Shown one piece after another: positions 12,601 to 26,326 of a stretch of DNA of 64,000 nt (position 1 is the stretch's first letter; each line of letters begins with the position of its first letter). The stretch lies in NCBI GenBank assembly GCA_043228905.1, contig JBHGNT010000006.1, forward strand, positions 12,958,001 through 13,022,000, read 5' to 3'. The notes under the pieces are model-generated. The model did not search any database. It had not been told where the DNA came from and saw nothing but the letters and a program-made list of their open reading frames with translations. Made by a program: the position numbers and the translations under genes. This DNA comes from Azolla caroliniana. Its lineage: Eukaryota > Plantae > Polypodiophyta.

Positions 12601-15600
12601 AATTTTTTTCATTGGTATACATTTCTTTGGATCTTATCCATAATTGAACCCCCCCCCATTGGTATTAGAGCCTCTCATTGTGTCATTTGTTAGTTTCGTT
12701 CCAACGATAGGCTTTTTGTATCCCCAAAATTCAATACTTACATATAAACTCTGCATTGAAATGCTCATTAAAAGCATTAATTGGAGTATTTAAATGTCTA
12801 TGTGCTCCCAAATGCCTTTGGAAAAGATTTAAGGAAACATGTGAGGTAATTACGCACTTATAAAATAGTCTACTTGGTTTCAATTGGAAACACTAGCTAA
12901 GGATCCACCACTGTTTAGAACTTTTGTATTCACTCTACATATTTATTATACCCTTTTTCATGCATGAAAATGGAACGTGGACATTCAGAAAAGTAATGTT
13001 CCCAACCAATCTATGGCAACGACCAATATAAAAAATGACATAGGTAGTCTTTTTTTTTTCTCAGAAGACATGGTTGATGAAGTATGGCATGCTTGAGGGT
13101 TTTGCATTTTGTCCTAGGTAAGCTTTACGTTGTTTGTTTGTTTTACATCCTTGTCTAGATTTTTCTCTTTGAAAACAATATGGAAAATTCGAAGGGTCTA
13201 CTTCTTGGGTTCATCAATGATGAATAAATTGTGACAATGTGATGAAGGATTGGAAACAATATCGACTTCCTTACATTATTAGTCATGGAAAAAATAATAA
13301 ACCCCTAATGTTAATCAATTTTCACAACAAAAATATGCATAGAAAATCATTAAAGAAATACCCAAAATAAAAAACAAAATTTCCTATTTTCCACCAAGCA
13401 AAACTAATAATGCTGACGAGTCCAAATAGCCTTTGGAAGAGTTCATACTAAATATAACAACACTAGGAATACTTTCATAGGATGTGTGTATAGTTGTATT
13501 TTCCTTGAATTATAACCCAAATATTTTACCAAAGAGTAATAGTATTGGCCTTGGTCCAATCAGTTTAAATATTTTAGTATTTGAAACCTTTCTTTTTGCT
13601 TCAAAACCAGCCCAACATATTTGGAGGTATCGATGCTTTCAAATTTTAAATACTCAACAAGTGCAACTTCCACTATATTAGGGTTATTTTTCGAACACTT
13701 GGAGGGCATAATAGATTTTTGTGGAACCTCATTCGAATTGGTTTTTCTTCTGAGAATTGGATAACAACGGCTCAAATAAATGGATGATGGGTGCATTAGC
13801 AGTATGTTCACTGTTCAAACGATAGGCTTTTCGTGCAAGGTTGTCTCTATCGAACCACGTCGAATAATTTGTTCAACTAAAACTATATATCTTTCATGAA
13901 ATGTGTGGCCTACTCAACCGCCCAATCCATGCCATTGCACACCCTCCTTTACTTTCAACGCCACTTTACCTTTTGGTTGTACTTCACTCCAAAACACACA
14001 CACCCCCATGTGACTCTTCCATATATGTCTCTATCACCCAACTTATACATAATCATGTCTATTCATTTCAGCATCCTATTTCAAGTGTAAATATATAATA
14101 CTAAATTTCCTTTGCATGACAACCTTATCTTTTGAGTTGTAATTCACTCTACAACGATCTCTTTCAACATTTTACATTATTTAGTCTACTTTTATATATC
14201 TCATATTTCTAACGGTAATATGCATTATCTATTTCTCATACATTTATTAATATTTGAATACCAATTTGCATTATTATGTTTCTCATTTCTCTTGTTTTTG
14301 TTATCGTTAGAATCTAAAACATCTCGATACGTTACAATATTATGGTATGGAAATATTTTGTGTACATGAATAATATGACAATATTTGCATACACATGGTT
14401 TAGGTGTACATATATGCTCAATCTATACAAACACATGCTCACCAACTTAAGTTGTGGGAATCGTTATCTTATATTCTTAGCTCTTTCTTCGGTGGGGTTT
14501 CCTCGTCGCAAGTCCTTAAGTCTTGCGTGCCAAGAATATTTAGTATTGTTAATTGTTAAGATGATCCAACACTACCTTACTCTGTGAATGCCAACATTTT
14601 GGTGCATTGTTCTTATGTTAAACACATAGATTCCTATCATGATAAGTCAATCAATAAAATTGTCGACTTATAAAAAATGTCAAGTTTTGAATTATGAAAT
14701 TAGCTTCACAATATCATAACTTGGCTATACATGTACGTTGCTAATTTTATGACAATGATCTTGTCTAGGAACTCATGTTAGAAAAAACTTTCTTGGGGCC
14801 CCCCCTAGAGAGATTCCACTTCTCAATGATGTCAATACACACATTGCATGAAGTAGGATTGCTCAATTGCCTCCTTATACCCCATTTAAAGCTTTGCCTT
14901 TGTAAAATATAGGATGAAAGTTTTGTTATCATCAATGTGAGTTGGAAATAGTGTAGTCTAGTGCATTAATGAGTGAGAAAAGGACAAGACTAAGCTCGTC
15001 GACAACACACATCCACAAGGATACACAATATATGGATGGTTGTCGTTTTTGCTCGACAAGTGCTAGAGACTTAGAATACCTTAGAGTGTGAGGCCCACTG
15101 CAAATGGGCAAGCAAGAGAGATATAGATGGGTATTGTTGCACATGAGGGTGTTTTGTGAAAGTAGTGATGTGCTCTTTCTTACCCTTTTTCTTTTTCTTT
15201 TTCTTTCGTACAACTATTTCTATCTCTTTCTATCTTCCGGGTTAGCGTGGAATGGACAACGGCCACACCCGCAATGATATACCCACCTCCAACTTGTTTA
15301 TTTTCTTTATGTAACCACCTCCAATCATTGGTACATGAAAGCCTCCACGTGTGACAAAATACATTCGCAAATCATTTTCAAATTTGCGTTTTTGTGCTGG
15401 TAAGTGTAGCCAAATCATCTATGAGACAAAAGCAAATCAAAGTCCTTAGAGGATTTTGATCCTCATTTGTGAATCAATAGCGAAAGCCTAATATATATAT
15501 GAATATCTCCTAGATGCCGAAAGGCACATAAGACTAGAAACTCAAACTATGAATAATTATTTCATATAATATCATGAAAATGAACAAAGTAGAAAAGTCT

Positions 15601-15891
15601 ATGTCAATAGGTGTAAAATTTATTTACAAATTTGGCATCTCAAAGCCATACATCATAGATACATTGAGAATGGATGAGGCCTTCATGGATGATAGACATT
15701 TCTTGGTCAATTTTGATGATCCCTTTTGGTTACAATATATGAGGTGGTGCACAAAGGGGTGACACTTGCAAAATATGGTTGTTTGCTTGATTCAAATGAT
15801 GTTTCTTTAATTTTTATCAATGAAGGCCAAGTACGATCCACGAATGTTCCAAGTACATACCATGTCATTGGGGCTAGATTGGTCATCCACA

Positions 15892-15892
15892 T

Positions 15893-15964
<72 letters not shown>

Positions 15965-15970
15965 GAGAGA
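15892..15970. repeat. Compound (TG)n(AG)n microsatellite
   Basis: Seen directly in the sequence. Confidence 0.95.
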
Positions 15971-16592
15971 GGGGTTAATCACGAAGGCATTGGTTACATG
16001 GCACATTACTTTATGTATTTTATACAGGAATCAAGGTTGGAGACATGATAGAATCTCATTTTACTTCAATGTAGAAGCAGTCCTTTGGAAGGAAATTATG
16101 GGCAAGTTTGTATAGGAAGCTTTAATATTTGTATGCAAAACAACTTTGGAAGGATGCCCAATATAAAGCTATTTTCAGTTGTTTTGTTGCAACTTTCAGC
16201 ACCATTAACATGGAACAGCTTGAAACGTTGAGGCATTGTTTTTTATATACAATTATTAGGGAGGATGCCCAATATAAAGCTATTTTTAGTTGTTTCGTTG
16301 CCCTTTATGTGGTTTTTTTTTAAGAAGCTAGACCTTTACATTCCCAATTATATAAGGTAGTGTTTTATTGCCTTTGAGGTTGGGGTTTGCTATACAATAC
16401 AACTAGAAATAGCTTCTTCTTTGATGGTCTCTATGATGTATATAAATTGATTTAGTAAGTTTTTGCGAGTGAGGTTTGCAACCACCTTGTCCTTAGAGGA
16501 TTATGATTTACACCATATTGCCTTGGTCACATTTTGCCATAAGATCTTCATGTAGACGACAAAAAGAAGAGGGTATTTTGCATTTCATATTG

Positions 16593-16628
<36 letters not shown>

Positions 16629-16659
16629 ATGTCGACGAAAGGAAGAAGAAGAAGAAGAA

Positions 16660-19266
16660 GAGAGAGATAGATAGATTCTATTATTGTCTTTGGAGGTCAA
16701 ATATGACCTATGAGACCAAAAATATTACATTTCACGTGCTACATGTGAAAATGAGTAGCGACTCTCGATGGTCAAGAACTTTACCAATGAATGTTGCAAT
16801 TGGGAGTGCACATTGTGGTTGTGAGAGAAATTCGTGCAAGGATTGGGCTTGGTCGAAGATGTATGGAAAGCATGGTCGAACATGAACAAAGGCAGAGCAT
16901 TGTATCAAAGTGTGATACTCAAACTCTCGAACTTGGTTAGGGTAAAGTGTGCATAGATGGCCACTCTCATCACTTGTGGCCCAATGCCTCGTCTCACATT
17001 GCAATGCATGTGAGCTAAGTCTCATGGCAACAACGGTTCGAATGGCAGAACCATTGCCCTACTTGATTCTAGATCCACGACAAGTTTTATGGAATTTCTC
17101 TTTGGCCATACACACTCCATCCCTAAGGTCGTCAAAACAAAGCTTATTCCGGTCAAGGTTATTGACGGACAACCGCTCTTGTCGGGTGCCATCATAGAAG
17201 AAATGATTCCACTAGAGCTCTTTATGGGATCTCATCGGGAAACGATTGCATTCAATCTAATTTCTTCCCCTCAGCATCCTGTCATTCTAGGGTTGTCCTA
17301 GTTAGTGACACACAATCCCATTGTGGATTGACGTAGGCAATCCCTCGACTTCACAACTCAGATGGGCAAAGCTAACAATAACTTCAAAGTTGTTCACGAC
17401 ATCGGTGCATCGCCTGGTTAGGTGAAGCCTGAGGATGACCATCCTACTCAAGCCATTCTTTATCACAACATTCTTTATCAAACCGGTTTTTTCTTTGAAT
17501 TACATTTCTTGGTGCATTTCCAAGACGTGCGGTTGGTCAAAAAACATTAGTTTGTACATGAGAGAATGAATTTCTTAAAATCTTTCCATTTGCATTCTAG
17601 TGTGGCACCATGTTGTATCTTTGTCATTTGTAACATATCCTTAACCATCTTGGAATACATGGGCGCTCGCTTAAGGTTCATGCTAAAGTGCAATTGTTTA
17701 TTATCTTCAATGGCCTTCTCACAATCAAACCTATGCATACATTTGAGGTCAATACATAAAGCCCTATGATCAGATTTCGGTGTCCATTCACCAAGTGAAA
17801 ATTTATGTATACGATCAAAAATACCTTCGGAAAGTAGCACATAGTCAATCACACTATTTCCGTTATGTTTTCTACATGTAAAACCATTAGTGTTGGGCCA
17901 TAAGGAAGCTCCATTTGCAATAAGCAATACGGTACTATTGCTCATTTGTAGGAGTAACTTCCCAAATTGGTCCAAATCGTTTTCATCACTAGAAGACCGG
18001 CTATACATTTGCATATCCTCTTGCATCCTTGAGAAATGTGGCATGATAGATTCTTGTGCATCAAGTTGGAAACTTCGTGTATGAGCATTCAAGTCACCAA
18101 AGACAATAACTTCCCCTTTGGATTTGAAATAAGCAATATCATCTTCTAGATTGGCAAAAGGTTGATCTTTATCCAAACAAGCATAAAAGTTAGAATCTTG
18201 ATGATGAATGTAACATCCAACTACAAAAGTAGACAAATCATTAGGTGTTTATATTTTGAGCCATATGTAGCATTTATGTTCATCATTTTTTATGATCAAT
18301 ACATATTTCTCTATTTCCTTCTTAATCAAACATGCCACCCCTCCTTGTCCTCTTCTTTGTCTTGGATTTTTCTCCCATATCAAAGAGTGTACATTATAGT
18401 TTCTTAAACCTTGAATCCTTTGAGTATCATGCTCCTATGTTCGAACAAGGAGTGTGATATCTGAATCATCGGTGAACTCCTCTATGCCAAATCCCGCATT
18501 CCATGTGTATCCATTGCAATTCCAAAAGCACAGTTGTAGAAGACGTGGGTTAGTATCATAGGCCATGTGTCCCTATTTGCCTACATTTCCGTCTTTAGGC
18601 ACATCCTTAACCTTATTTTTCAAATTTTCTTCATATGCTTTGCGATCGGCATTGTGTTGTGAGACAGTACGATCTTCACTCACAAAGCGTTGCATACCTT
18701 TGAGGTATACCCAACTATTTTCGAGTATGAGTATCATCCGCCAATGTCTATACAATAGGCCTTTCTCCGGACTGAGTAGCACCATGTTTCCCAACTCGGT
18801 GTGCCCCATATACATTCACATCCAACATACTATAATGCATGCTAAAGAGTTCACTGATGGCCTTTCCACACTCTCCTCTTTATTCCCATGGATGACAATG
18901 TTCTTTGATCGTTGTTCACGTTCTTTCAATTCTCAGACATCTGTGCTTTCTATATTCTTTTCTTGATTCATCACATGCATAATAGATGAGTTTGATACCA
19001 CATCCCCACTATATACATCCGCCCATGACTTTGTTGTGCATACATTTTTCATCTCACTTATAGCTTGCCTCATCATGTCCAATTTTTCTTCTTTTAATGT
19101 TTCCTTTAACTCAATCTTCTTAAGGTGCGCATTTATTTCGAAAGAAGCTTTCTTACATTCTTGAATCTCATCTTCAAGTTTTGCAACCATTTTCTTAAGA
19201 CTTTCATTCTCAATTACAACAATTTGTAGCTTAACATTCTCTTTCAATAGTGTCCTAATCTCTTCA

Positions 19267-19328
<62 letters not shown>

Positions 19329-19432
19329 ATTTCTTGATTTGTGCGTGTCATCCTTGCTAGGGGTCATGCTAATATTCTTTGTATCGTTAATTTTAGTAAA
19401 TGTCCCCGAAGGGACTTTACCATTGGGGGATG
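16660..19432 (-). mobile_element. RTE-X-like LINE copy 1 (ORF1, APE, C-terminal Cys/His region, (TATC)n tail); RT region missing
   Basis: ORF1-like coiled coil at about 18570-19330. APE motifs VFGDLNAH and NSVIDYVLLS (17547-18236). C-terminal SSHALQCETR...LCTL...EFEYHTLIQC (16732-17025). The 3' end matches 48085-48450. Confidence 0.78.
17030..17400 (+). pseudogene. Chromovirus/Tcn1-like Gypsy aspartic protease fragment embedded in the LINE
   Basis: ALLDSRSTTSFM (decayed DSG motif), VKVIDGQPL and HPVILGLS*LVTHNPIVD*, which resembles the VILGxPWLxxHNPxIDW motif. Confidence 0.7.
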
Positions 19433-20925
19433 TGTAAAGAATTAGAGTACGCAAAAGCTTTCGGACAATGACTCGGCCGATAGTTAGGAAAAACACAGAG
19501 TATGTAAGTATGAAGGTAAGTATATATATAGAGAGAGAGACTAAGTAGAGCAGACAACAACAACCTTCTATTCAAAATACTTAGTACAAACAAATGTGCT
19601 CATAGAGCACTTTATATACAAGCACTGGCAGTGGGCTAACACAAGTACTAACAAGTACTTGAATGCTCTTCAATGAGCCTCTAACACTAATTGCCTACGA
19701 CATTCCTATTACTAAAAATAGGAATATAGGCCTCCAACAACCTGTCAGCTCCAAGCCAATCCGGCCGTTGACTTCTTCAACTGATCTTTCTCCAAGCCGA
19801 TCCGGCGTTCGGCTTCTTCAGCCGATTGGGCATGTTGAGCTTGTCACTCAACACCCCCTCAAGCTCAACTTGAGGTCACCTCGTCAGGTCGAGCTAGTCC
19901 TTTGCTCTAGTTTCTCCTAGTTTTATGCATTCTAGCCTGCACTCCATGACATATCTGGTCTTGCACTCCTTGACCCGTTCGTCAGCTAATTTGCTCCCAA
20001 GGCCCTCATCGACCTTCTTCTTGCCTTTATGGCTTCGATGCCCTTCGATCCGTCGGCTTCTCCGCATCATCGTCGGCTATGGCTGCTTTCTCAACCACTC
20101 GGCGCTTACATGATTCGGCTCATCCGAATCATCTCCTTTATTTGAATCAGTTGTCTCTTATTCATCTTTTCCATTGGCTCTCCACTTGCTTTCGGCTAGC
20201 TCTAGCTCTAGCTCATCTTCTCTACTGATCCCCTAGTTGGTTGGTCTCCCCCTAGCCGATTTGCATCCTTTTAATCTCACAACTCTCTCAGCTAACCCCT
20301 CCTTGACCCTCCCCCTCAAGTTCGGCACATCGAGGTGTTGTAGCCCAAGCAGGCCGGAGAATTACCGCAACTTGTTGAGTCCAAAAGGTTTGGTGAAGAT
20401 GTTGGCCACTTGCCGATCGGTCAGAACGTATTTCAGTTTGACGTCACCATTGAGAACGCACTTGCGCATGAAGTGATAATGCACTTCTATGTGCTTAGTG
20501 CGAGCATGGAATATGAGGTTCTTCATGAGCTAGATGTTGCTGAGGTTATCGCAGAAAATCACCGTCGGATTTGCAACCTCCACATGCAGATCCTTCAATA
20601 GCCGCTTGAGCCATATGGCTTCGCACATAGCGACAACCGCTCCTCGATATTTGCCTTCAATGATCGATACTGCTACTGTCGACTGCTTCTTACTACACCA
20701 GGTGATCACTGCACTCCCTAAAGAGAACAGATGTTGATCGGCGATCGCCTGCGTTTCTAGCCCAATTGACATCCATGTAGCCGACTAACTGTTCAACTAC
20801 ACCTGCCTGATACATCAATCCACGGTCCTTAGTGCCGCTGGCATACCTTAGTATTCAATGCACACATTGAAGGTCTTCGATCGTCGGCTTCAACATAAAT
20901 TGACTTATCAGTCTGACCAGATAAC

Positions 20926-23900
20926 TGAAAAGAATAACGCGGAATATTGCTCGGCCACAACCGAGTTTTGAACACTTCTTTGAGAATGAAACACAGAAAT
21001 GGGAAGTGGAGAGAACACAAAGGAAATACACAAGATGTTTACGTGGAAAACCCTAAATGGGAAAAACCACGGGACCCCACAAACTCCAACTATCACTATA
21101 GGAGAAAGGTACAATCAAAGCCTCGGAGGCAATGACCTCGAGCTTTGTATCTTCGCCAACCGGCGGTTACAGTAGAGTATCGCCCTATATCTCACACACA
21201 CACACACACACTCTCTCTCTCTCTCTCTCTCTCTGTGTTGCTCTCTCTATACAACAATATGACAATAACAACAACCCTTACAAAGTGATTTCCCTAAGTC
21301 ATATTTATACTTATATGAACTTAGGGTTATTTACAAATATAGCCTCAATGGGCTTACTCAAAACATATTTACAGATATGTCTTCTCTTCCGGTTCTCACC
21401 GGGTCTCCTCCGGATTCCGGATCTCTTTTGGTTCTCACCGGGTCCTCTTTATTCATCACCGAATCCCATCCGGAGAGACCGATTTCCCAACAATCTCCCC
21501 CTTCACTCCGGCATGGGATATCTTGTCAGCCCGATCTGCTTTTGGCACGCATCCAGCTTGTCGGCTGTCAGGACCTTGGTCAGCATGTCTGACCCATTCT
21601 CCTCCATGTGGATCTTCGTCAGTGCGAACTCTTGATCTTCTACTCTCTCTTGGATCCAGTGGTACCTCCGCTGGATATGTTTCATCCGGGAATGGTAGCA
21701 CGAAGCTCCCGACGGCATAGGCATATGGTATCTTCATCATATCCGTCTTCTCGCGCTTTGTCCTCGGGCTTTGTTTTCCGGATAGCTTGCAGTTTGTCGG
21801 AAGTGTCGATCCGACCGGTTTCGCCTCCGACATGTTGAACCATTGAAGCACCTTTGTCACATACTTCTCTTGTGACAACCACAACAGCTTCTTTGACCGG
21901 TCCCGAATGATGTGCATTCCCAATATCTGTCTTGCCGGCCCCAAGTCTTTCATTGAGAAGGTCTAGTTTAGAGCCTTCTTCAGCATCCAAATCTTGCCTT
22001 GGTCTCGTCCGACGATCAACATATCATCTACATATAGGAGGAGTATCAGGAAATCTCCTCCATCAAATTTCTTCACAAACATGCAGTGATCGGCCTGCTT
22101 CTTGTGGTACCCTTGGTCGATCATGAAGGAGTCGAACTTCCGGTACCATTGCCGGGGAGCTTGCTTCAGTCCGTCTAGGCTCTTCTTCAGCCGACACACC
22201 AGGTGCTCCTTCCCTTTCCTCTCAAATCCTTCCGGTTGATGCATGTAGACCTCTTCTTTGAGGTCTCCATTTAGGAATGTTGTCTTGACGTCCAGTTGCT
22301 CTACCTTGAGGTCCATGCTTGCCGCTATGCCCAATACCGTCTGGATGGATGTCATCTTTACTACTGGGGCAAAGGTCTCATCGAAATCTACTCCTTCCTT
22401 CTGCAAGAACCCCTTCACCACGATCCAGGCTTTGTATCTTGGTGGGTTTCCGGCATCTCCCGGTTTCAGCTTGTACACCCACTTGTTCCGGAGTGCCCTC
22501 TTTCCTTTCGGCAACTTTGTCAGTTCATACGTGTGGTTCTCATGCAGGGAATCCATCTTATCTTGCATGGCACACAACCACTTGCGGTTGTGGGTGTCTC
22601 TCTTTGCTTCTTCGAAGCTTTTCGGCTTGCCCTCATCGGTTAGCAACACGTGATCTGCATCCGGAAATCTCTAGGGGGCTCTTCTCTCTCTGAGAGGATA
22701 TCTTCGTCCTTGGTTTCTGACTGCCGGTTCCTTCGTTTGTTCCTCATCCTCATCTGATTCGGGATCTTGTGCTGTTCCGGTGTCTTCTTCTTCTTCTTCT
22801 TCTTCTTCTTCGGTCGGTTCGGTTTCTTGTCCATATTCGGCCGGTTCCTCGAGTGTCATCTGGTTACCGGGTAAGTCCTTGTGTCCTCAAGCCGGTTTTC
22901 ATAGAATGATCCGGAGTTCATCACCTTCTTCTCCGACTTCCAATTGGTAATGATCCTATCTTCCATGAAGACTATGTCCCGACTCCAGAACACCTTCTTG
23001 TCAACCGGATCCCACACCTGGTAACCGAACTCATCGTCCCCGTATCCAAGGAATATGCATGGTCGGGACTTCGGATCCAGCTTTTCTCTCTTGTCCTTCG
23101 CAACATGCACGTATGCGAGACACCTGAACACCTTCAGATGCCGGTAAGATACTGTTGAGAAATCGATGCGGAATAGATCACAATAAACGAACTACGCACT
23201 GAAATATGAATCACAGAAAAATGCAAGAAAGACAAGTCAAACAGATGTACACAGAGATTTACATGGGAACCCTAAAACGGGGAAAACCATGGGTGAACAT
23301 AACTTCACTTATACAAATAGTGGATATACAACACCGAGAGGAATACAACACTCTGTCAAGTGTATCAGCCGCACAGGGCTCTTCGCGTCTGCTGTTACTC
23401 ACACAGCTATGGTGCGGCTCACGCTTCTCTCTCTCACACTCTCTCTGTCTCTCTCTGTCTCTCTCACGCTATACCGCGCACTACAACTTCTGTACTCTGT
23501 TACACACAGTTAAAGTTTGCCCTAGTTACATATATACTTACGCAACTTTTCTGGCTATTTACATACGTAGCCCTCATGGGGTGCACACTTAAACTATTTA
23601 CAAATATAGTCTCCCGAGTTGGCTATTTACACGATTCCGGTTTCGGCCAAGGCCGAGGCCGACAGTCGAGTCCCTCATCAACTCGGCTCCTCAACTATCG
23701 GCTTTCCTGACGGTTGGATCTTCCTCCCATTGGAGGGACGGCCTCAGCCGTGTCCCTCATCAACTCGGCTCTTGTTTTCCGACTCTTCGACTGTCGTCTT
23801 TCCAAACAGTCGGATCATCCTCCCACTGGAGGCACATATTCCCAACAGATACATCTTCGTCGGTCCATACTTTCTAACGTGAGTCTCCTCCCAAGGGTAC

Positions 23901-26326
23901 TGAGGGTGATTTGTTTATCACGTAGGTCGTTGTCATCAGCACCTCAGCCCAAAACATCTTGGGTAACTTGACATGTGCGAGCATTCTCCGGACTCTGTCC
24001 ATTATGGTTCAGTTCATCCTTTTCGCCAGCCCGTTTAGTTTTAGCGTCTTTAGCATGGTAAACTCGAGCCAGATTCCCTTCGATCGACAGTACTCCTCGA
24101 ACTGCCCCCGGTATTCTCCTCCGTTATCTGCTCGAACCGCCTTTAGCTTCCAGCCGGTTTCTATTTCCACTCTCGCGTGGAGCTCCTTGAAGACGGATAG
24201 CACTTGATCCTTCGTTTTCAGTTGTGAGACCCACAACTTCCGACTGTGGTCATCTATGAACATCACGAAGTACTGCGATCCGGCATGTGACTTCGTGTCC
24301 ACTTGACACACGTCAGCATGCACCAACTCTAGTGGTGCATTCCGTCTCATCGGTGGTCTTGACTGGAAGGAGGTTCGGTTTTGTTTGCCGGCTAGGCAAT
24401 CGGTGCATGCCCTTCACCGGAATGAGGTTGTCTTCGGCAAGCCTCTTCATCCCCTTCTCACTCATGTGACACAGTCTTTTGTGCCACAGCTCACCGATAG
24501 TGTCGGAAGCTACGTTCACTTCTTCTTGGCATATCCGGGCATTCATCAAGTACAGAGTGTTGATCTTCCGGGCTCGAGCCACTATCAAGATTCCCTTGCT
24601 GAACTTCATAACTCCATTCCGGATGCTACTTGTATAGCCTTCATAATCTAGCCGACCGACTGATATCAGGTTCAGTCGAACCTCCGGAACATGTCGGACA
24701 TCCTTTAGCAACAATTTGCATCTGGTTGATGTCGTTAACAACACATATCCTATGCCAATAATTCGGCATGTGCCTTCATTCCCCATCTGGACAAAACCAT
24801 GATCACCGGCTATGTAGGATGAGAAGCATTTCCGATCCGGTGTCAGGTGGAACGACGCTTCGGAATCGACAACCCACGTTGTCTCGTCGCCGACAAGGTT
24901 TAACTCATTCTCTTCAGTAATGAGCATAAGTTCTTCTTCACTTGTCGCAATCGCCGACATTCCCTTCCGATCCGGGCCTCTCCGGTCTGAACCGTTTCGG
25001 TCCGAACTCTTCTTCGAATCGATGGTGCCAGTTTCTTTCTCTTTCCGAAAATGCTGACAGCTCTTCTGGAAGTGTCTCGGCTTCCCGCAATAGAAGCATG
25101 TGGGCCTCCCCCTTGACTTCAACCTTGTCCCCGATTTGTCCCGGTTTTGGGGACTCCGATACCGGCCTCTTCCCTGGTTGTGGTCATCTTCCGTGACCAA
25201 GGCCTTCGGATCGGTTCCGGACTCCCGGTCCTTCCGGCCAACTTCTTCATCTAGCAAGCTTGATTTTACCCTTGCTAGGGACAACTGTTTTCCTTCCATC
25301 CCGGTGTTGCCCAACGTGACAACTAACGTCTCCCAACTATCCGGGAGGGAACCGAGCAGGAGCAATGTGAGTACCTCATCGGTGAGAGGTACTTCCAATG
25401 AGGTTGGTTGATGTATCATCCCCTGGAAGGCATTCATGTGCTCCGCCATACTAGAGCCGTCCTGGTACCGGAGCCTCACTAGCTTCCGGAATACCGAAAC
25501 CCGATTAACAACATTCTTGTTCTGGAACATGATGCCATTCTCCCAAAGTTCATGACCCTTGCTCTCTTCATTGAAGTTGTTGTATAGGCTCATGTTGATG
25601 AAGCACCGGATGTAGGCCGTTGTCTTCATGTGCATCACCTCGTACACTGTGGCGTCGATCCTATCTCGTCTTTTGTCCCCAAACTGAACCAGCAACCAAA
25701 GATCTTTAACCACCAACATGTCACTCATCTTCGACTTCCACACTAAGTAGTTGGAGCCGGTGAGCTTGAACATGCCACTGAATGATTCTTCCATTTCCTG
25801 TGTTGTTCGCTCTGATACCAGATTGAAAAGAATAACGCGGAATATTGCTCGGCTACAACCAAGTCTTGAACACTTCTCTGAGAATGAAACACAGAAATGG
25901 GAAGTGGAGAGTATACAAAGGAAATACACAGGATATTTACGTGGAAAACCCTAAATGGGAAAAACCACAGGACCCCACAGACTCCAATTATCACTATAGG
26001 AGAAAGGTACAATCAGAGCCTCGACGGCAACAACCTCAAGCTCTGTATCTTCGCCAACCGGTGGTTACAACAGAGTATCGCTTTGTATCTCACACTCACA
26101 CTCTCTCTCTGTCGCTCTCTCTATACAACAATATGACAATAACAACAACCCTTACAAAGTGATTGCCCTAAGTCATATTTATACTTATATGAACTTAGGG
26201 CTATTTACAAATATAGCCTCAATAGGCTTACTCAAAACATATTACAGATATGTCTTCTCTTCCGGTTCTCACCGGGTCCTCTTTATTCATCACCAGATCC
26301 CATCCGGAGAGACCGATTTCCCAACA
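20926..26326 (-). mobile_element. Ty1/Copia element C with both LTRs (20926-21492, 25824-26326), TSD ATAAC, decayed
   Basis: TSD at 20921-25 and 26327-31. PBS TGGTATCAGAGC 25808-25820 and PPT GAAGGGGGAG 21493-21504. Gag-PR ORF 24313-25790 (CFYCGKPRHFQKSC, WVVDSEASFH), integrase 24009-24350, RT 21963-22649 (LYVDDML). Confidence 0.95.
23153..23847 (-). mobile_element. Copia-type solo LTR (695 bp) inside the Copia C integrase, TSD GATAC
   Basis: TG...CA ends, perfect TSD at 23148-52 and 23848-52, and similarity to the LTR at 5215-5781. Confidence 0.92.
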
